Positions 13,001-26,949 are shown, counted from the whole stretch's first letter. The stretch is 63,867 nt of DNA, filler included, from Octopus bimaculoides (GCF_001194135.2; 5 parts of 3 records of this genome joined end to end with filler, not necessarily neighbours in it); one strand, 5' to 3'. Notes: generated from the sequence alone by a model not told the origin. Translations and numbers: made by a program.

Positions 13001-13609
13001 TTTCCCACTAAAATATGGGTTATGGATTGGAGAAAGTGTGCCCAATGTTCTTAATAATAGTGAATTAGCAGCAATCATAAAGCAACTGACTAGATTATTT
13101 ATTCTATTGTGTTCATAGTCCACGCTAAAAATTATTGCCAATATCACCGCCAATAGCCATCAAACACTATTGGTCTGTTTTCAAAAGTCATTGTAATATA
13201 TTGCGTGGTGACGATCGATTTATTCCCCCGTTCGACAAATCTTGCCTTTTCCCAACGCTTTCATAACTTTATAGACGCAGTTGCCGAAAAGCAAAATGTT
13301 AATCTCTGAGCGAGACTAATGGTTTCGAAGTGGATTCTATTCCTGGTAGAGTTAATTCATTTCGCTGAAATGCTTAATGACTTTGAAATAAACAGGGATA
13401 AGTCCGGTTAAAAGCCTCTTAATATATCGAGTGTTTCACTCACATTGAAGCAAAACAAAATATTCATTTAAGTTGATCAATATTGTGTTATTATATTGTT
13501 TTTCACGTCTTTCTTGTGATTAATGAAGTTTTCATAGCCTTGCATCATTCTTCTAGTACTTTTCTCCTAAATTACACAAATATTATATAAAGTGGTGATA
13601 GCTGTTGTA

Positions 13610-13656
13610 GTGGCAGCAGCAACAGCAGCAGCAGCAACAGCAGCAGTAGCAGCAGC

Positions 13657-13707
<51 letters not shown>

Positions 13708-13870
13708 CACTTCCAGCCCGTCTGCTGCAATCAACTCTGACCTGTGTGGTCGTTGTGCCGGTGATTTCCTTCGCCGGTCACAGTTTCAATTCTTAAAATC
13801 TTTTCTCTTGCGGCCTTGCCCAAGCTCATGCCCTCCATCAGTTTTATCGCCTTTGATAACTTCATGAATA
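13610..13870 (-). mobile_element. Possible RTE-type LINE 3' end with (CTA/CTG)n tail
   Basis: GC-richer segment ending abruptly in a trinucleotide tail on the minus strand, with weak protein resemblance only. Confidence 0.35.
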
Positions 13871-13878
13871 TGTCTTTT

Positions 13879-13940
<62 letters not shown>

Positions 13941-14019
13941 CCTACCTCTCGATCATTCCAGCCTCTAACCGGTAGTCATCCCTTCACCTTCCCCACCCCC
14001 TTACTCAGACAATGATTCT

Positions 14020-14830
14020 TAATCGCACCAAACCCTATACAATTTCCCTAATCGATCCTTAGCACTGGCTACAATCGCGATAACATTGTTGCCTCTGACG
14101 CTATGTAATGTCCCTTCCTATGTCGAAACACTTGCTTTCTTTTTACTTACCCACAACCTCAGCAACTCACATTTTGAAGACAAAAACTTCGAGCATTCGC
14201 ATGTTCTCTAGCTTGAAGGTTCGTCTTTAAAAAATCACCCAAGAATGTCCTCCCCCTATCATGTGATGCAGCTGCTACTTATCAAGTTATTTTCTTTTTA
14301 TTTATTTATTTATTTTTTTGCATATCTCCTTCATTCCTTTCTACACTCATCCTAAAGCCTCTGCTTCCTGTCGATCCCAATGCAACATTTACTTCTTTTT
14401 ACAAACACCCCAACGCTACACCTCCCAACACCTTATGCATTCACCTCTACATTAAAGGTCATATTATACAGGACAAAATATCAATCGGTGCCGTTTAACA
14501 TATAGGAGAGACACGTTGGAAATCGATAGTACGTTATGGAAACTGTCGATTATATGTTCACTCTAACAACAGATGACATTCTTCCGAATCTTGTAACTGG
14601 AATTCTTCTCGTTATGCCTAACAGCACCACCATATCTGGACTGCCCTTTATACCATGGATCAACTGAATTTTGATGGTGTGCAAGAAATAAAATTTAACC
14701 TATACACAGTTTCATTCAATGGAAAACACACTTGTATCCCTCTAGTAGTACTGCTTTGTGCTAACGGTGCATGCAATCAAAAACACCCACCTGTATACAC
14801 CCTCCCCTACCACAAACAGTCATAAGAGTA
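14020..14830 (+). mobile_element. Highly decayed Penelope-like RT/GIY-YIG relic
   Basis: Fragments KPYTISL (about SLYTNIP), LAFFLLTHN...HFEDKNF (about LxxxVLxxNxFxFxxKxY) and FNGKHTCIPLVVLLCANGAC (about HFTCxSxNVIYxIxCxxC) occur in the expected order. Many stops. Confidence 0.35.
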
Positions 14831-15957
14831 AGAATGAAGCCTCTGTAGTACATAAACTCCATTCACACAACCAAATCGACAGAACACACAACGCTACACA
14901 AACCAACATGACACGCTCGTACACACTATCCTACACACACACACACGTACCTATGCATACAGGGGGAAATTCTCACATCTTATTTTCTTTGCCTCCTCCA
15001 GTGAAATACTTACAAACATCTTCACTGGTACAATAAACGCAACAGCACATCATGTCCATTCACAAGAATATACTCTGCCGATTTAAAATTGCTTCTACCC
15101 ATTTGCGTCCATTAAACATGTAACGATCTTCGAAAAAACCTTGTTTTCAAAGAACTATTTTTTTCGCTTTATTTCTCTGATATTTCTTGACAAAAACATC
15201 ATCCCAGGCTTTGAAATCTCTTTTCTTTCCACTGATACTATCATTTTTCCTTGTTTTGCTATGAAATATTTGGGTCATCATATTAGACCTTCAACATGTT
15301 GTCATATTGACGAATATCTATTTCGAGATGGTATTTCAAAGATCCCATTTACAAATTTTCTCTGAATTAGATTTCAATGCTGCTTCCAAGACATAGAAGG
15401 ATTCTATATAGTCTTATTCGTTAACGTGTTTGCCAATTTTTATTGTTTACAATCGACTCTCATCGGTTGGACATGTTATCGAAGGCGTTCTCACCATAAG
15501 TATCCTCATTACATTACTTTCCAACATAATGTCTAGCTCAACATTATTGAATATGTATTTCCTCTTTTAAGAGAAAATGTGTGATTTGAGGCTTAGCTGG
15601 ATCTTTTTATATCAGGTCGCGTGACTACTTCATGCCTCACTTGTTTCCATGTAATTTCATTAACCTTGATGGATTAGCGAAAATAGTTAAACTTCGGAAT
15701 AAATGCGTTAGTGTATTTATTACGTTCTAGATTCCAATCAAATTTCTCCGGAATGCAATTCGCCTTTCATCTTTTCCACCGTGAGAAATCAGTCACATCA
15801 ATTCAATTGGATCTATGGAACAGAAGATACTCACCGATCCGTAAACACTACAAGCACTATTCTGAAATGATGTTTGTTCTTAGAGTCAGAAAATGGTTAT
15901 AACTTCACTCTCAGCCTCTTTCTCTCACTCTTTCTCTCTCTCCCTATGTATACATAC

Positions 15958-16006
<49 letters not shown>

Positions 16007-16185
16007 CACACATACATAGCGTCATAACGTTATTTAAAGAGTAAAATAATCATAGATTATATGATTAATTTTTTTTATAAGTTTACTGTTTTTTTCACAG
16101 CTGCCTTTAAGTGTTTCCGTCATAGTGTATATTTACCAGTGAACCTTCGGTAACTAATAATACAGGTTTTAAACTTTAACACATG

Positions 16186-16352
16186 TGGGGAGGGAGTTAA
16201 TCGATTACGTCGACCGCAGCGATTTATTGATTCAGAAACGATGAAATCCAAAGCCGGTCTCTGCGAAACTTTAGCTCAGACTATAAAGACGGATGAAATG
16301 CCACTAAGCATTCTGTCCGGCGTGCTAACGATTCTGCCTGCTCACCACCTTA
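16186..16352 (-). mobile_element. SINE family D (aaggcggcgagctggcagaatcgttagcacg... head)
   Basis: 'gtgctaacgattctgcctgctcaccacctt' is the reverse complement of the head seen at 53816. Confidence 0.8.
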
Positions 16353-16490
16353 GCACACGATAATATTTTTGACCAAAAATGTACCAGAATTTAAAATGAT
16401 TAATACATATCTGGATGCTGACTGACATACATATATAAATACATTCCATCTACATACATACATGCATGCATGCATACATGCATACATACA

Positions 16491-16524
<34 letters not shown>

Positions 16525-16593
16525 CAAAATCTGCAAGTATACATATATAGAGAGAAAGGGTGATAGATAGACAGATATATACATACATAAGAC

Positions 16594-16596
<3 letters not shown>

Positions 16597-16673
<77 letters not shown>

Positions 16674-16674
16674 C
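16597..16674. repeat. (AGAT)n microsatellite, one of many; adjacent (CATA)n at about 16450-16520
   Basis: Direct reading. Confidence 0.95.
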
Positions 16675-18617
16675 CAGCTTTTGCATACAACTTCCTATTA
16701 GCTGCGTAACAAGGCAAATCCCTACCACAAGAAGACTTAGCATGCTTCTGTTGAATATCCTGTGGCACCTATGCACCGTGGGAAAGTGCCTACATACTTA
16801 GTCTTACTTGCCATACAGAATATCGGATTAAAAAACAAAATCCTCGCGTTCCCAAAGTTGAGAGATCACAGAACAGATACGCACGACTAATTTGCTCTGT
16901 GAATGGCTACCGTTAAGGGTGTCAGGATATGTTGAAGCTATTTTGTATGCGCTTTATCCACTGACAACGAGGATATTACCTTAGTTTGGTTATAGATTAT
17001 TATATATACCTAGGTACTGAGGATTGTACAAGTTTGTATATGACTCTATAAGAACACAATTCTTCTGATACGAGTTACTATACAATAATGTGAAGATAAA
17101 ATATTACAACGTTTGGTGTTAGAACTGCAAGTAAATTACAGGAGATAAATCGATAGGTTCACTTAGAGCAGAGATTCTGTTTTAATCTTGTAATTTCGTA
17201 GAGGTAATTTGAATTTATATTAATTGTTCGTACGACGTTTGTATTATATTTCAGTGAAACACATTCTAAGTACTCGAAAAGATTTTCTGTCCTTAATATA
17301 TATTTGATAGAGGTATTATGTGTGCGGAACGTGGTGTTTAATTTGGAATACATTTAGAGGTAAATTAATGATCCTATGAAGGAATATATTGAGGTGAACA
17401 TATGAATTTACTTGAATAATGAATGCCAACGCAGATCAACAGTTAAGTACTTCCACCCTCTTTGATATAAAGGAAAATTATCAAATAATGTGTACTATCA
17501 ATAGCATTTGGTCTTTATTTGTTTGTATATTTTACTTGATTATTGCCTATATATTTGCCGATAAGAAAGGTATCATAGTTCCGGTTTCTTATGATATCGG
17601 CCTAATTAACTTATCAGGTATAACCGTGTCCCATTAACTTTGCAAAACATTACCTTTCACACGAGTAAAATTATATTCAGTTAATAGATACAGGCAATTT
17701 CTCGGACACACATTGATCTCATAAAGTTCATAATCCTGCTACAATGACCAAATCATATTATATATGGCCGTGTGTGTGTGTGTATGTGTATGTGTGCATG
17801 TGTGTGCATGATGTGTATACTTTATGTGGGTGGGTGAGTGCGTGTGGGTGTGCCCCTACAAACTCATTTCATTTCATTCGGATTATTCTTTAGAAAGCAT
17901 CAAAGTAGCACCAAATATTATTGCTTCAAATGTTAGAAGTCCAAGTAAATTGGAACAGATGAGTCAATACATCTGCCTGCAGCCTACATAGTGCAAGTTA
18001 TGACCTTTTGTAAATTCTGACATACTGGCTATATTTCATCTTTCAATTCTTTTTTGTGTGCAAAAAAATAAATGAATAATCCTCACAATATATAAGCTAA
18101 CTTCCTAGAATAAGTTTGATTCCCAGGACATCAATAATTCTTACTGTAATCGTTTTACAGTGTAATCAGGATTGTCTGTTCAAAACAATGACATTTCTTT
18201 TTGGCATGTATAAGTTTGAACGAGGTTATACTGCTGATGAAATAGTCTTACGTCGAATAAATATTCCGGAGTTCAACTGGGGGGGGGGCATATACATGTA
18301 ATTTGACGGCGAAATAATTCTACACGGTGTTTTTTTTTCCAAATATTAAAAATATGGCACTTTATAGCATGACATTTTCCAAAGCTTCATAATTACGTAG
18401 AAGTCCGTTATTGTATAGGATCAATGTAAGAATAATATAATACCAGGCTTTTATAGCAAATCACATTTGTTTCTGCATTCGGCACCAGCTGAGTCCACAT
18501 TTCTCTATCATTATATAAGATTATTCTTTAGAATTATTATATAATTAAATATTCGTCATAAATTGACCTGTGCGGGTGCTTTCTCGTGTGGAATGCCATC
18601 AAGTTGTTGCTGTATTC

Positions 18618-18830
18618 ATTACCTCCGCCTTAGCGAAGGAGGAGGTATTGTTAGCAGTTGTGTTTGTTTGTTTGTCCGTGGACGAGATATCTCAAGAACC
18701 GCTGGATGGATTCGGATGAAACTTTCAGAGATGATTGACCTTGCGACTGGCACGAACTGAATAGATTTTGGGATCGACCCATCACCGGACAAAGATTCTG
18801 GATTATTTTTCATATTTCCCTTACTTTACG
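18618..18830 (+). mobile_element. Helentron-associated (HINE/DINE-1-like) non-autonomous element
   Basis: 5' palindrome tacctccgcct-tagcga-aggaggaggta, then a (tgtt/gtcc) microsatellite, then the core 'gatatctcaagaaccgctggatggattcggatgaaactttcag'. This layout is typical of these elements. Confidence 0.6.
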
Positions 18831-19049
18831 TGTATATGTAAAGCTTCACATAGTTCTCTTGTACACGCGCACACATACACACACATACACATATATACTC
18901 ATACTACAAACGCCTTTTATCGTCTTTTGCACTCCTCCCTTCGTCATTTTATCTATCACCCCTTCCTTTCTGATTCATACGACGCTCTCTTTACCATTTA
19001 TCTCCTCTACTTTCTCCTCTCACTCCGGCTCTCATTTATACTGACATAT

Positions 19050-19092
<43 letters not shown>

Positions 19093-19102
19093 NNNNNNNN
19101 NN

Positions 19103-19146
<44 letters not shown>

Positions 19147-19313
19147 TCTTGATCCCCAGTCTGCATATTTTTGTAAATTTTTACTGACAGTTGATAAGAT
19201 GAGATTCATCGAAACCGATAATATTTCCTTATATAATTTTTTCAATCATTTTTTTTATTAAATTCCCTCTTAAATGTTTTAGACTTACTTCAGTGCTATT
19301 TCCACTTCCATTT

Positions 19314-19369
<56 letters not shown>

Positions 19370-19676
19370 AATATATACATCTTTCTCTCCGTAGTCGGTT
19401 ATCGTAGGGTGTGAGCTGATTTGATGTATACACACCTATTTGTCTACACCAGGAAATTTTCTCCATGATAAATACAATAAATGACTTTCTTACGGGTTCA
19501 GATATGCCTCAAGAATACTTGAACTGTTAACAAGTTTTATATATACATACATACATACATACATNNNNNNNNNNNNNNNNNNNNNNNNNNNNNNNNNNNN
19601 NNNNNNNNNNNNNNNNNNNNNNNNNNNNNNNNNNNNNNNNNNNNNNNNNNNNNNNNNNNNNNNNNNNNNNNNNNNN

Positions 19677-19708
<32 letters not shown>

Positions 19709-20454
19709 ATGCATTGTTCTGTAAGATTAGCCATTTTGTTGGGCTATTCGTTTAATACAGTGGTTGTAAGATTTCACGAATTGAAAGCCTTTGCTTGTTT
19801 ATAATAGCAATGACAATCTTTAATTGCTTCTGAAAGGATTATACAGGATGAGCCTAGATAATTAATTTCGTTATGAGAATTAGATTACAAATTAAGAAGC
19901 GTTTCTGCTAAGTTATAAACGGAATAAGAAATAGTAAAGCAATTCGCACATCAATTAAGATTCTGAATCTTTAATAAGAGATTGATTTTACTGTATTTTG
20001 AGTATAATCGAGGAGAATCGTGCCAACTAAAGACAGATTTGAGAAAATCCGGATGAAGAACAGGAGAAAGTGCAATCAAATGTTCTCAAAATCTAAGACG
20101 TATAGACAGTATTCAAGAAGGATGCTTGTGATAAAGTTTAATACGGATCCAAGACCTGCATAAAAAGCTAATACTTAAGGAACATAAATCATTGTAAGTG
20201 ATGAAAAAGTAATCGAAAATAAATAGAAAATACATTTACAATAATTTACTTTCTTATGTGCTTATAAGTGGAAAGGAGTAACCTTTAGTTTTTTTCTCAT
20301 CCATTAGAAAGTGAGATCAAAATGCTTAAAATATAACATGTTTTTTGGCAAATGATTTTAGTGAGCTAAAAGAATGTAGTTCTGAGAAGAGTAAATATGA
20401 AAGCGAACTTTAGATTGTCTGCAATACATGACTTAAATCTCTTTTATCCTTAAT

Positions 20455-20857
20455 CTTTTGTTTGTTTCAGTTATTAGACTGGAACGTTGATGGAGAATTG
20501 CTTCGAAGGACTTTCAGTCAAAGGAATAGAACCCCATACACTTTTTAAACCTGTCACTTATTCTATCGGGTACTTTTGCTGAACCGCTAAGTCACAGGGA
20601 CTTAATCGCACCAACACCGGTTGTCAAGCGGTGGCAGGAGACAAACACACACAAAAAAAACATTTATACATACATACATACATACATACGTAAGACGGGC
20701 TTCTTTCAGGTTCCGTCTACCAAATCTACTTCCAATATTTTACTCCGCCTAAAGCAATGGTAGAAAATACTTACCCAAGCAGTCACGCAGTGTTAATGAG
20801 CCCGGAACCATGCGGTTGGGAAGTGAGCTCTTTTTACTACACAGCCACGCTTGCACC
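20455..20857 (-). mobile_element. SINE family B (CORE-like body, internal CA/CATA microsatellite), near full length
   Basis: tRNA head at 20790-20857, 'gacgggcttctttcag..ccgtctaccaaatc' body and 'gaaccgctaag...ttgtcaagcgg' tail. Confidence 0.85.
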
Positions 20858-21151
20858 ATGTGACCCCTTGTGGTTGGCAAAATCATACATTATCTGAACC
20901 AAAGCAAAGCAGCAATTTCAACAAAAATAGTTTTTGATTGGAGACAATTTCCAGGACAAAACTGAAACGGAAATAAAATACGATGAAACTGAATTAAAAC
21001 TGAAGGATTTGCTGGGACACATCCATGCAAACTATTTCACTGTGTAAACCGTTTAGCCTGTGAAATCTAAATAACTTATAGCGTTTGACATTTTCAGATA
21101 TTACATTAACAGTAATGTTACTTTATAATAACGGTTTCGACCGACTGTTTT

Positions 21152-21324
21152 GTAGGGCGGGGGGCAGTTCTTTACATCAATCACAGTGTTGAACTGGTAC
21201 TTATTTTAACAACCCCAAAACGCGAAGTCGAACGTGGCGGAATTTGAACTCAGATCGCAAAGACTGATGAAATCTGCTAATTATTTCGTACGCTATGTTA
21301 ACGGTTCCACCGACTCACCGCATA
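21152..21324 (-). mobile_element. SINE family D
   Basis: 'aactggtacttatttt...ggcggaatttgaactcag' motifs. Confidence 0.75.
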
Positions 21325-21591
21325 ATGGTAGCTTATAGCATTTCAGATACAATAAAATTTATTCTGAAAAAAAAAGCATCTAAAGTAAGGAACAAAGAAT
21401 AGATATGTTTTATTATTATATATATTCTTATATTTAATTAATCAATTCTTGACCGGCAACTGCATAATGATCGAACTTGTCAACCTTCCCGATATTATTG
21501 TTGCGGAAAACTTTTGTAGCACGGTGGTTATTTTGCTCTACAACAATCTGTGGAGAATTTACTTGTAATGCTGTGCAGCTGCTCATAAGGG

Positions 21592-21684
21592 TTACGTGAC
21601 GCAGTCAATGAAATCGTCTGTGATTCCCAGTTAAACCGGAAATAGCGAGGTAATCGTTTCGCTGCAGCACGCTTATATATAAAG
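21592..21684 (+). promoter_or_regulatory. Possible Pol II promoter cluster (CRE/ATF-like, ETS, TATA)
   Basis: TTACGTGACGCA at 21592, CCGGAAAT at 21636 and TATATAAAG at 21676, in a non-repetitive CpG-containing patch. Confidence 0.25.
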
Positions 21685-22326
21685 ACCATTTTGTCGAAGT
21701 TTCCTTAACGATGCATGAAATATTTAGACATATTTTGCTTTCTGTTCTGATATAGATTTAGCTTACGTGTTTAGTTCAGCTTTCGTTCATAGCAGCAGAT
21801 ACAATTATTCCGATGTTATAATTTATTGATTTAATAGCAATTTCATTCCATAAATTTGAGCAATGATTATCGGAAATGACTCCAACATGACATATCTAGT
21901 TTCACTTGCTGATGCATTACGCATGTTTTCAAAGTTCATTTCATTTATGTTTCAAATAACTAGGATATATCATGACTGTGGTTGTTCGTATTTCTGTTGA
22001 ACGAGTTAAAGGGAACTGGGGTGGGGGGGGGTCAGATTCCAAAATATGTTGACTATTCGAAATGATGTCATATATAACTTGTTAATTTTGCCAGGTGATC
22101 TTTACCTTTTTATTGTAACGCTAAAATAAGGTGGAGTCAAACACGAGAGTCAGTAAATATTTCAAGGTTTGATTTGCGGCATTTCGACCGTCTTTAAGAG
22201 AAATTGAGACATTGCATATGCATTTTGTTGATAAAATAGCTCTCACAAGCAATATATGCAAAGACACTGTCACACACACATACGCACGCAGACACACACA
22301 AACCCCACCTACATACGCACGCGCAC

Positions 22327-22376
<50 letters not shown>

Positions 22377-23071
22377 NNNNNNNNNNNNNNNNNNNNNNNN
22401 NNNNNNNNNNNNNNNNNNNNNNNNNNNNNNNNNNNNNNNNNNNNNNNNNNNNNNNNNNNNNNNNNNNNNNNNNNNNNNNNNNNNNNNNNNNNNNNNNNNN
22501 NNNNNNNNNNNNNNNNNNNNNNNNNNNNNNNNNNNNNNNNNNNNNNNNNNNNNNNNNNNNNNNNNNNNNNNNNNNNNNNNNNNNNNNNNNNNNNNNNNNN
22601 NNNNNNNNNNNNNNNNNNNNNNNNNNNNNNNNNNNNNNNNNNNNNNNNNNNNNNNNNNNNNNNNNNNNNNNNNNNNNNNNNNNNNNNNNNNNNNNNNNNN
22701 NNNNNNNNNNNNNNNNNNNNNNNNNNNNNNNNNNNNNNNNNNNNNNNNNNNNNNNNNNNNNNNNNNNNNNNNNNNNNNNNNNNNNNNNNNNNNNNNNNNN
22801 NNNNNNNNNNNNNNNNNNNNNNNNNNNNNNNNNNNNNNNNNNNNNNNNNNNNNNNNNNNNNNNNNNNNNNNNNNNNNNNNNNNNNNNNNNNNNNNNNNNN
22901 NNNNNNNNNNNTATAATTATATGTATTTATTCTATCCTAATAAATAATAATTCTGATAGAATAAATGGGTTAATAGAAACCAAGGTAGCAAAGATCACAA
23001 AATAACTGTGGTGTAATTCCTGTTGTTGAGGCAGAAACTCCTTGATATTTTGGGTATTTGAGTATATTTAA

Positions 23072-23330
23072 AAATTTAAGGAATGGAGAAAACCCATGTT
23101 ATAACTCCATACTTTATTCCGACATATGTTTCGAAGAATTACAATTTATGCGATCCATAGGAATCGGCGATGTTAAAAATGTAAACTTGTCCTGAGGGAA
23201 ATGCATAGGAATCATCTTAAACGTAAGACATTATGACTCGGCCATAATTTCTTACGTTTAAGATTCTTCGAAACATATGTCGGAATAAAGTATGCAGTTA
23301 TAACATGCGTTTTCTCCATTCCTGAAATTT
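23072..23330. mobile_element. Fold-back element: 68-bp arms, internal 15-bp hairpin, degenerate HHR
   Basis: Arms 23072-23139 / 23263-23330 (3 mismatches). Inner stem atcttaaacgtaaga/tcttacgtttaagat. CTGAGGG...TTC-GAAAC-ATAT-GTC-GGAA resembles the 3447 HHR. Confidence 0.85.
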
Positions 23331-23891
23331 TTATATATATATGTATGTATGTTTATATAGAATATACTTCTAATTAAGGACACCAAAGCCACTGTGCCTA
23401 TATGATAAAAGAAGACAACTACAATATTCACATGTTGAAAGCGGAAAATGTGGACAAACCAAAAAGTTCATAAAATATTTATCCTAATTATTTTATAAAT
23501 TTTGTCGTTTTTTCCTAGCAATGGCGTCTGTGCCCTTTGTTATAATTACATTCTACATAATTATATATCTATTTATGAAGTTTTACCTAAAGGTTTTTGC
23601 TTTTGTATGCCGGCCACTGATAAAATTAATTAATTCTTAATGATTTTAACCTTTGTTTATGTTTATATATATTNNNNNNNNNNNNNNNNNNNNNNNNNNN
23701 NNNNNNNNNNNNNNNNNTTAATTAATTAANNNNNNNNNNNNNNNNNNNNNNNNNNNNNNNNNNNNNNNNNNNNATGTATGTATGTATTTGTATATATATA
23801 AATATATATATACATACAAATATTGCTTGTTTTTTATTCTTTCATATATATAAATATATATATACATACATATATTGCTTGTTTTTTATTC

Positions 23892-23927
<36 letters not shown>

Positions 23928-25133
23928 CAGTAATATGAACAAATAAAGCATTCTAATATATCAGACATTTTCTGTCGATTTAGTGAAATGTGAAAAAAAT
24001 ATATTTTTTATTATATGTTTGTATTATCGTTGTTGTTTTTCTTTGCTAAGATGTTGTTATTGTTCACGTAAGTCTTGTTATTTATTTGGTTTATATTCTT
24101 GAGTGATTCTTCAGGGGGGAGTTGTTTGTTTGTTTGTTTGTTTTTGTTTTTGTTGTGGTTTCTTTTTTTTTTTTCTTTTTTTTTGGTAGAGAGCTGGAAT
24201 AGAGTGGTGTCGGTTTGTTTTTAATAAATCGAAAGAAAAGTGCATCTCTGTAACCTAGAAGAATTGGTTGGTGGCTACAACAGGAAGTTTAATTACTTAG
24301 GATTACAAGAAATTGAGAATTCTTCTTCAATCTGAAAGTAACTTATGACCGAATGGCTGAATGTCTTAGTGGATTCTAGATTTAATTATGTTGTTTTTAT
24401 TAATGAGTAATGTGACTATCTTCATGCTACAATAGTTCTTGCTTTGTTAGCTTTTCGCTTATTTCTTTTTTTTATTTAATGTTAATCTGTCTGGCTACCT
24501 TGCAACTTATGTAACTTTCTACTAGCATCAATTAATCTATTTTTTTAGCTTCTACCTACACACCTGATTACCTGAGATGTTTACTTCTCTATACGAGTAG
24601 ATCTGCAATCAACTTGAAAGAAAGGTGTTTAAAGATGCTCGACCAACAGAACTACCTACGTTGTGAATTGTAATTTAAGTTGTTGTGTATACCACAGATG
24701 CTTACACTGTAATCCTCTGTAAAAAAAAATCAACGTATTTGGCCAAGGAAAGTCTTTGAATTAGTAGTACAATCATTATTATTTTAGAGTTAGTGGTTCC
24801 CTATTTCACAGACGCTTGTGCTCTCTACCCTTTTAGTGCAGAAATCAAATATATCCACTCAATATTTCATTAATTCATAACCGCGGAAAGTAGTATTATA
24901 TACAAACCTATCTTTTGATGATGAACGTTATGTCTGAAACAATTCTCTCTTAAGATACGTCAAGATTGCCGAAGCAACGTGACTTGCAGAAGATATCAGT
25001 TCTGTTTTTATTTTTTTTTTTCGGTAAACATTTAACATCATTCCTAGAATAACCATGACATTTATGTTCGTAGTTAAAGGGTTACAGTAAACCCCAGCAA
25101 GGGTCAGTGTGACATTAATATCAAATTATTGAG

Positions 25134-25553
25134 AGGCGTGGTTGTGTAATAAGAAGTTTGCTTCCCAACCACATTGTTCCTGTTTCAGTTCCACAGTGTG
25201 GAACCTTGGCCGAGTGTCCACTACTACAGCCTCTGGCCGACCAAAGCTTTGTGAGTGGTTTTGATAGACAGAATCTAAAAAACGCTTGTCATATATATAT
25301 GTGTGTGTGTGTATGTGTCTGTTTGCGTGTGTGCGTGTGTCTTTGTTTCTTTGTTTATGCCTTACCACGGCTTGATAACCGGTGTTCGTTTCTTTTCTTC
25401 CCCGCAACGTAGTGATTCGGCAATATAGACGGGGAGAATAAATATCGGGCTTAAGAAAATGAGTACTGAGGTCGATTTTTTCGACTAAAACCTCTTCAAG
25501 GAGATGCTCCAGCATAGCCGCAGTCTAATGACTGAAATAAGTGGAAGGTAAAA
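25134..25553 (+). mobile_element. SINE family B, near full length
   Basis: tRNA head, 'ccttggccgagtgtccactactacagcctctggccgaccaaagc' body, GT microsatellite and 'cagcatagccgcagtctaatgactgaaataag' end. Confidence 0.85.
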
Positions 25554-25644
25554 AATAGTACAGTGGGTAATGGTCTTCTAAATAACAAAACACTTTTCAG
25601 CCACACAGCATTCCCCAAATACTCAATGTATTAAAAGAATAATA

Positions 25645-25894
25645 AATCCGCCCTTTTAAAGCCTAGCCAGGCTCATGGTCCCGGTTTCCCGGTTTCAATG
25701 GCGTATGTGTTCCCCAGCTGGAGGGGACGCCAGTCCATCGCAGCGTTTCTCATTTTTGCCAGCTGAGTGGACTGGAGCAACGTGAAATGAAGTACTTTGC
25801 TCAAGAACACAACGCGTCGCCCTGTCCAGGAATCGAAACCACAATCTTACGATCATGATGCTGACACCCTAACCACTAAGCCACGAGCCTCCAC
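25645..25894 (-). mobile_element. SINE family A head and body with tail type 2
   Basis: Head 'gtggaggctcgtggcttagtggttagggtgtcagc...gtttcgattcc', shared body, and a distinct tail 'gatggactggcgtcccctccagctggggaacacatacgcc'. Confidence 0.85.
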
Positions 25895-26052
25895 CACACT
25901 AAGTATGACCACTACAAAATACATCACAATACACTTCTATCACAGAACGCTTCACTCTCACACAACATTAAAACAACACAGCACAGCCCTAGACGCATGC
26001 AACACGGCTTTAGAACCACAATACACAGCTCATAACGACTACACTACACAAA

Positions 26053-26123
26053 ACACTACAATAACCACAAGACACTACAATAACCACAAGACACTACAAT
26101 AACCACAAGACACTACAATAACC
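26053..26123 (+). repeat. 19-bp tandem repeat (acactacaataaccacaag), about 3.7 copies
   Basis: Direct reading, no spacers. Confidence 0.9.
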
Positions 26124-26949
26124 GACGTAGAAATGTAATCGCTATTTTAACAAATTCTCCTCTGAACTTCCCTTTCACACCTCTTCTACACTTCCTCCAT
26201 GTTGTGTGACAACCAGGAACCTTGAACGAAACCCAATCATTCCTTCTTAGAACTATAAACATTTGGAATATAATTTCTATCACCATCACCAACACCAACC
26301 TATCTGCTACTCTTGTGATTTAGCAAACTTCAGGAAAAGTTATGCTGATTAAATTCCTTCGTATTCCTCTAAATATTTTATTGTTACTGTTTTCACACAG
26401 TATAATCCATAGCCTCTAGTTATATTTCAGCTGATTACTCTGCTGGCTGGTCTCTTTTAGAAACAATCTTTCTTCCACCTGAAAAATTTATCGCAAATCT
26501 GATTACAAAAAAGAATCTAGGTTCCTAAAATTCGTAAAATAAAACGACTCCTTGAAAGAAATGGTCTTTTCCTCTGAAATCCCAAATACTGATGTGCTTG
26601 TATTTTCTATTTCTCCTTTATCTTCGTATTTTTTCATAACTGATCAGGCATTTAAACATAGATGTATAGGCCTGGACAAGATAAGTTTTTAAGGAAAACT
26701 AGGCAGTTACCCATGCATGAAAGTTTCCCCTCTCCACCTTAATGCCGTTTATCCAAGAGAAAGAAAGGCCGCTAACTTACGCTGATGCAACATGGCACAA
26801 GTGCCGTTGTTCACATAAACCGTGTAGAAGCCTGTCATACATGTGTGTATGTGTGTGTGCGCGCATGTGAGTGTGTGTGCGCGCATGTGAGTGTGTGTGC
26901 GCGCATGTGAGTGTGTGTGCGCGTGTGTGTGCGCGTGTGTGTGTGCGTT

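Noticed and set aside
23718-23729. TTAATTAATTAA islands inside N runs (also 47047, 51019, 60256)
   Set aside because: At 23674-23773 the run is 44 N + 12 nt + 44 N = 100 bp, and the 12-mer puts stops in all six frames. This is a scaffolding gap spacer, not biology.
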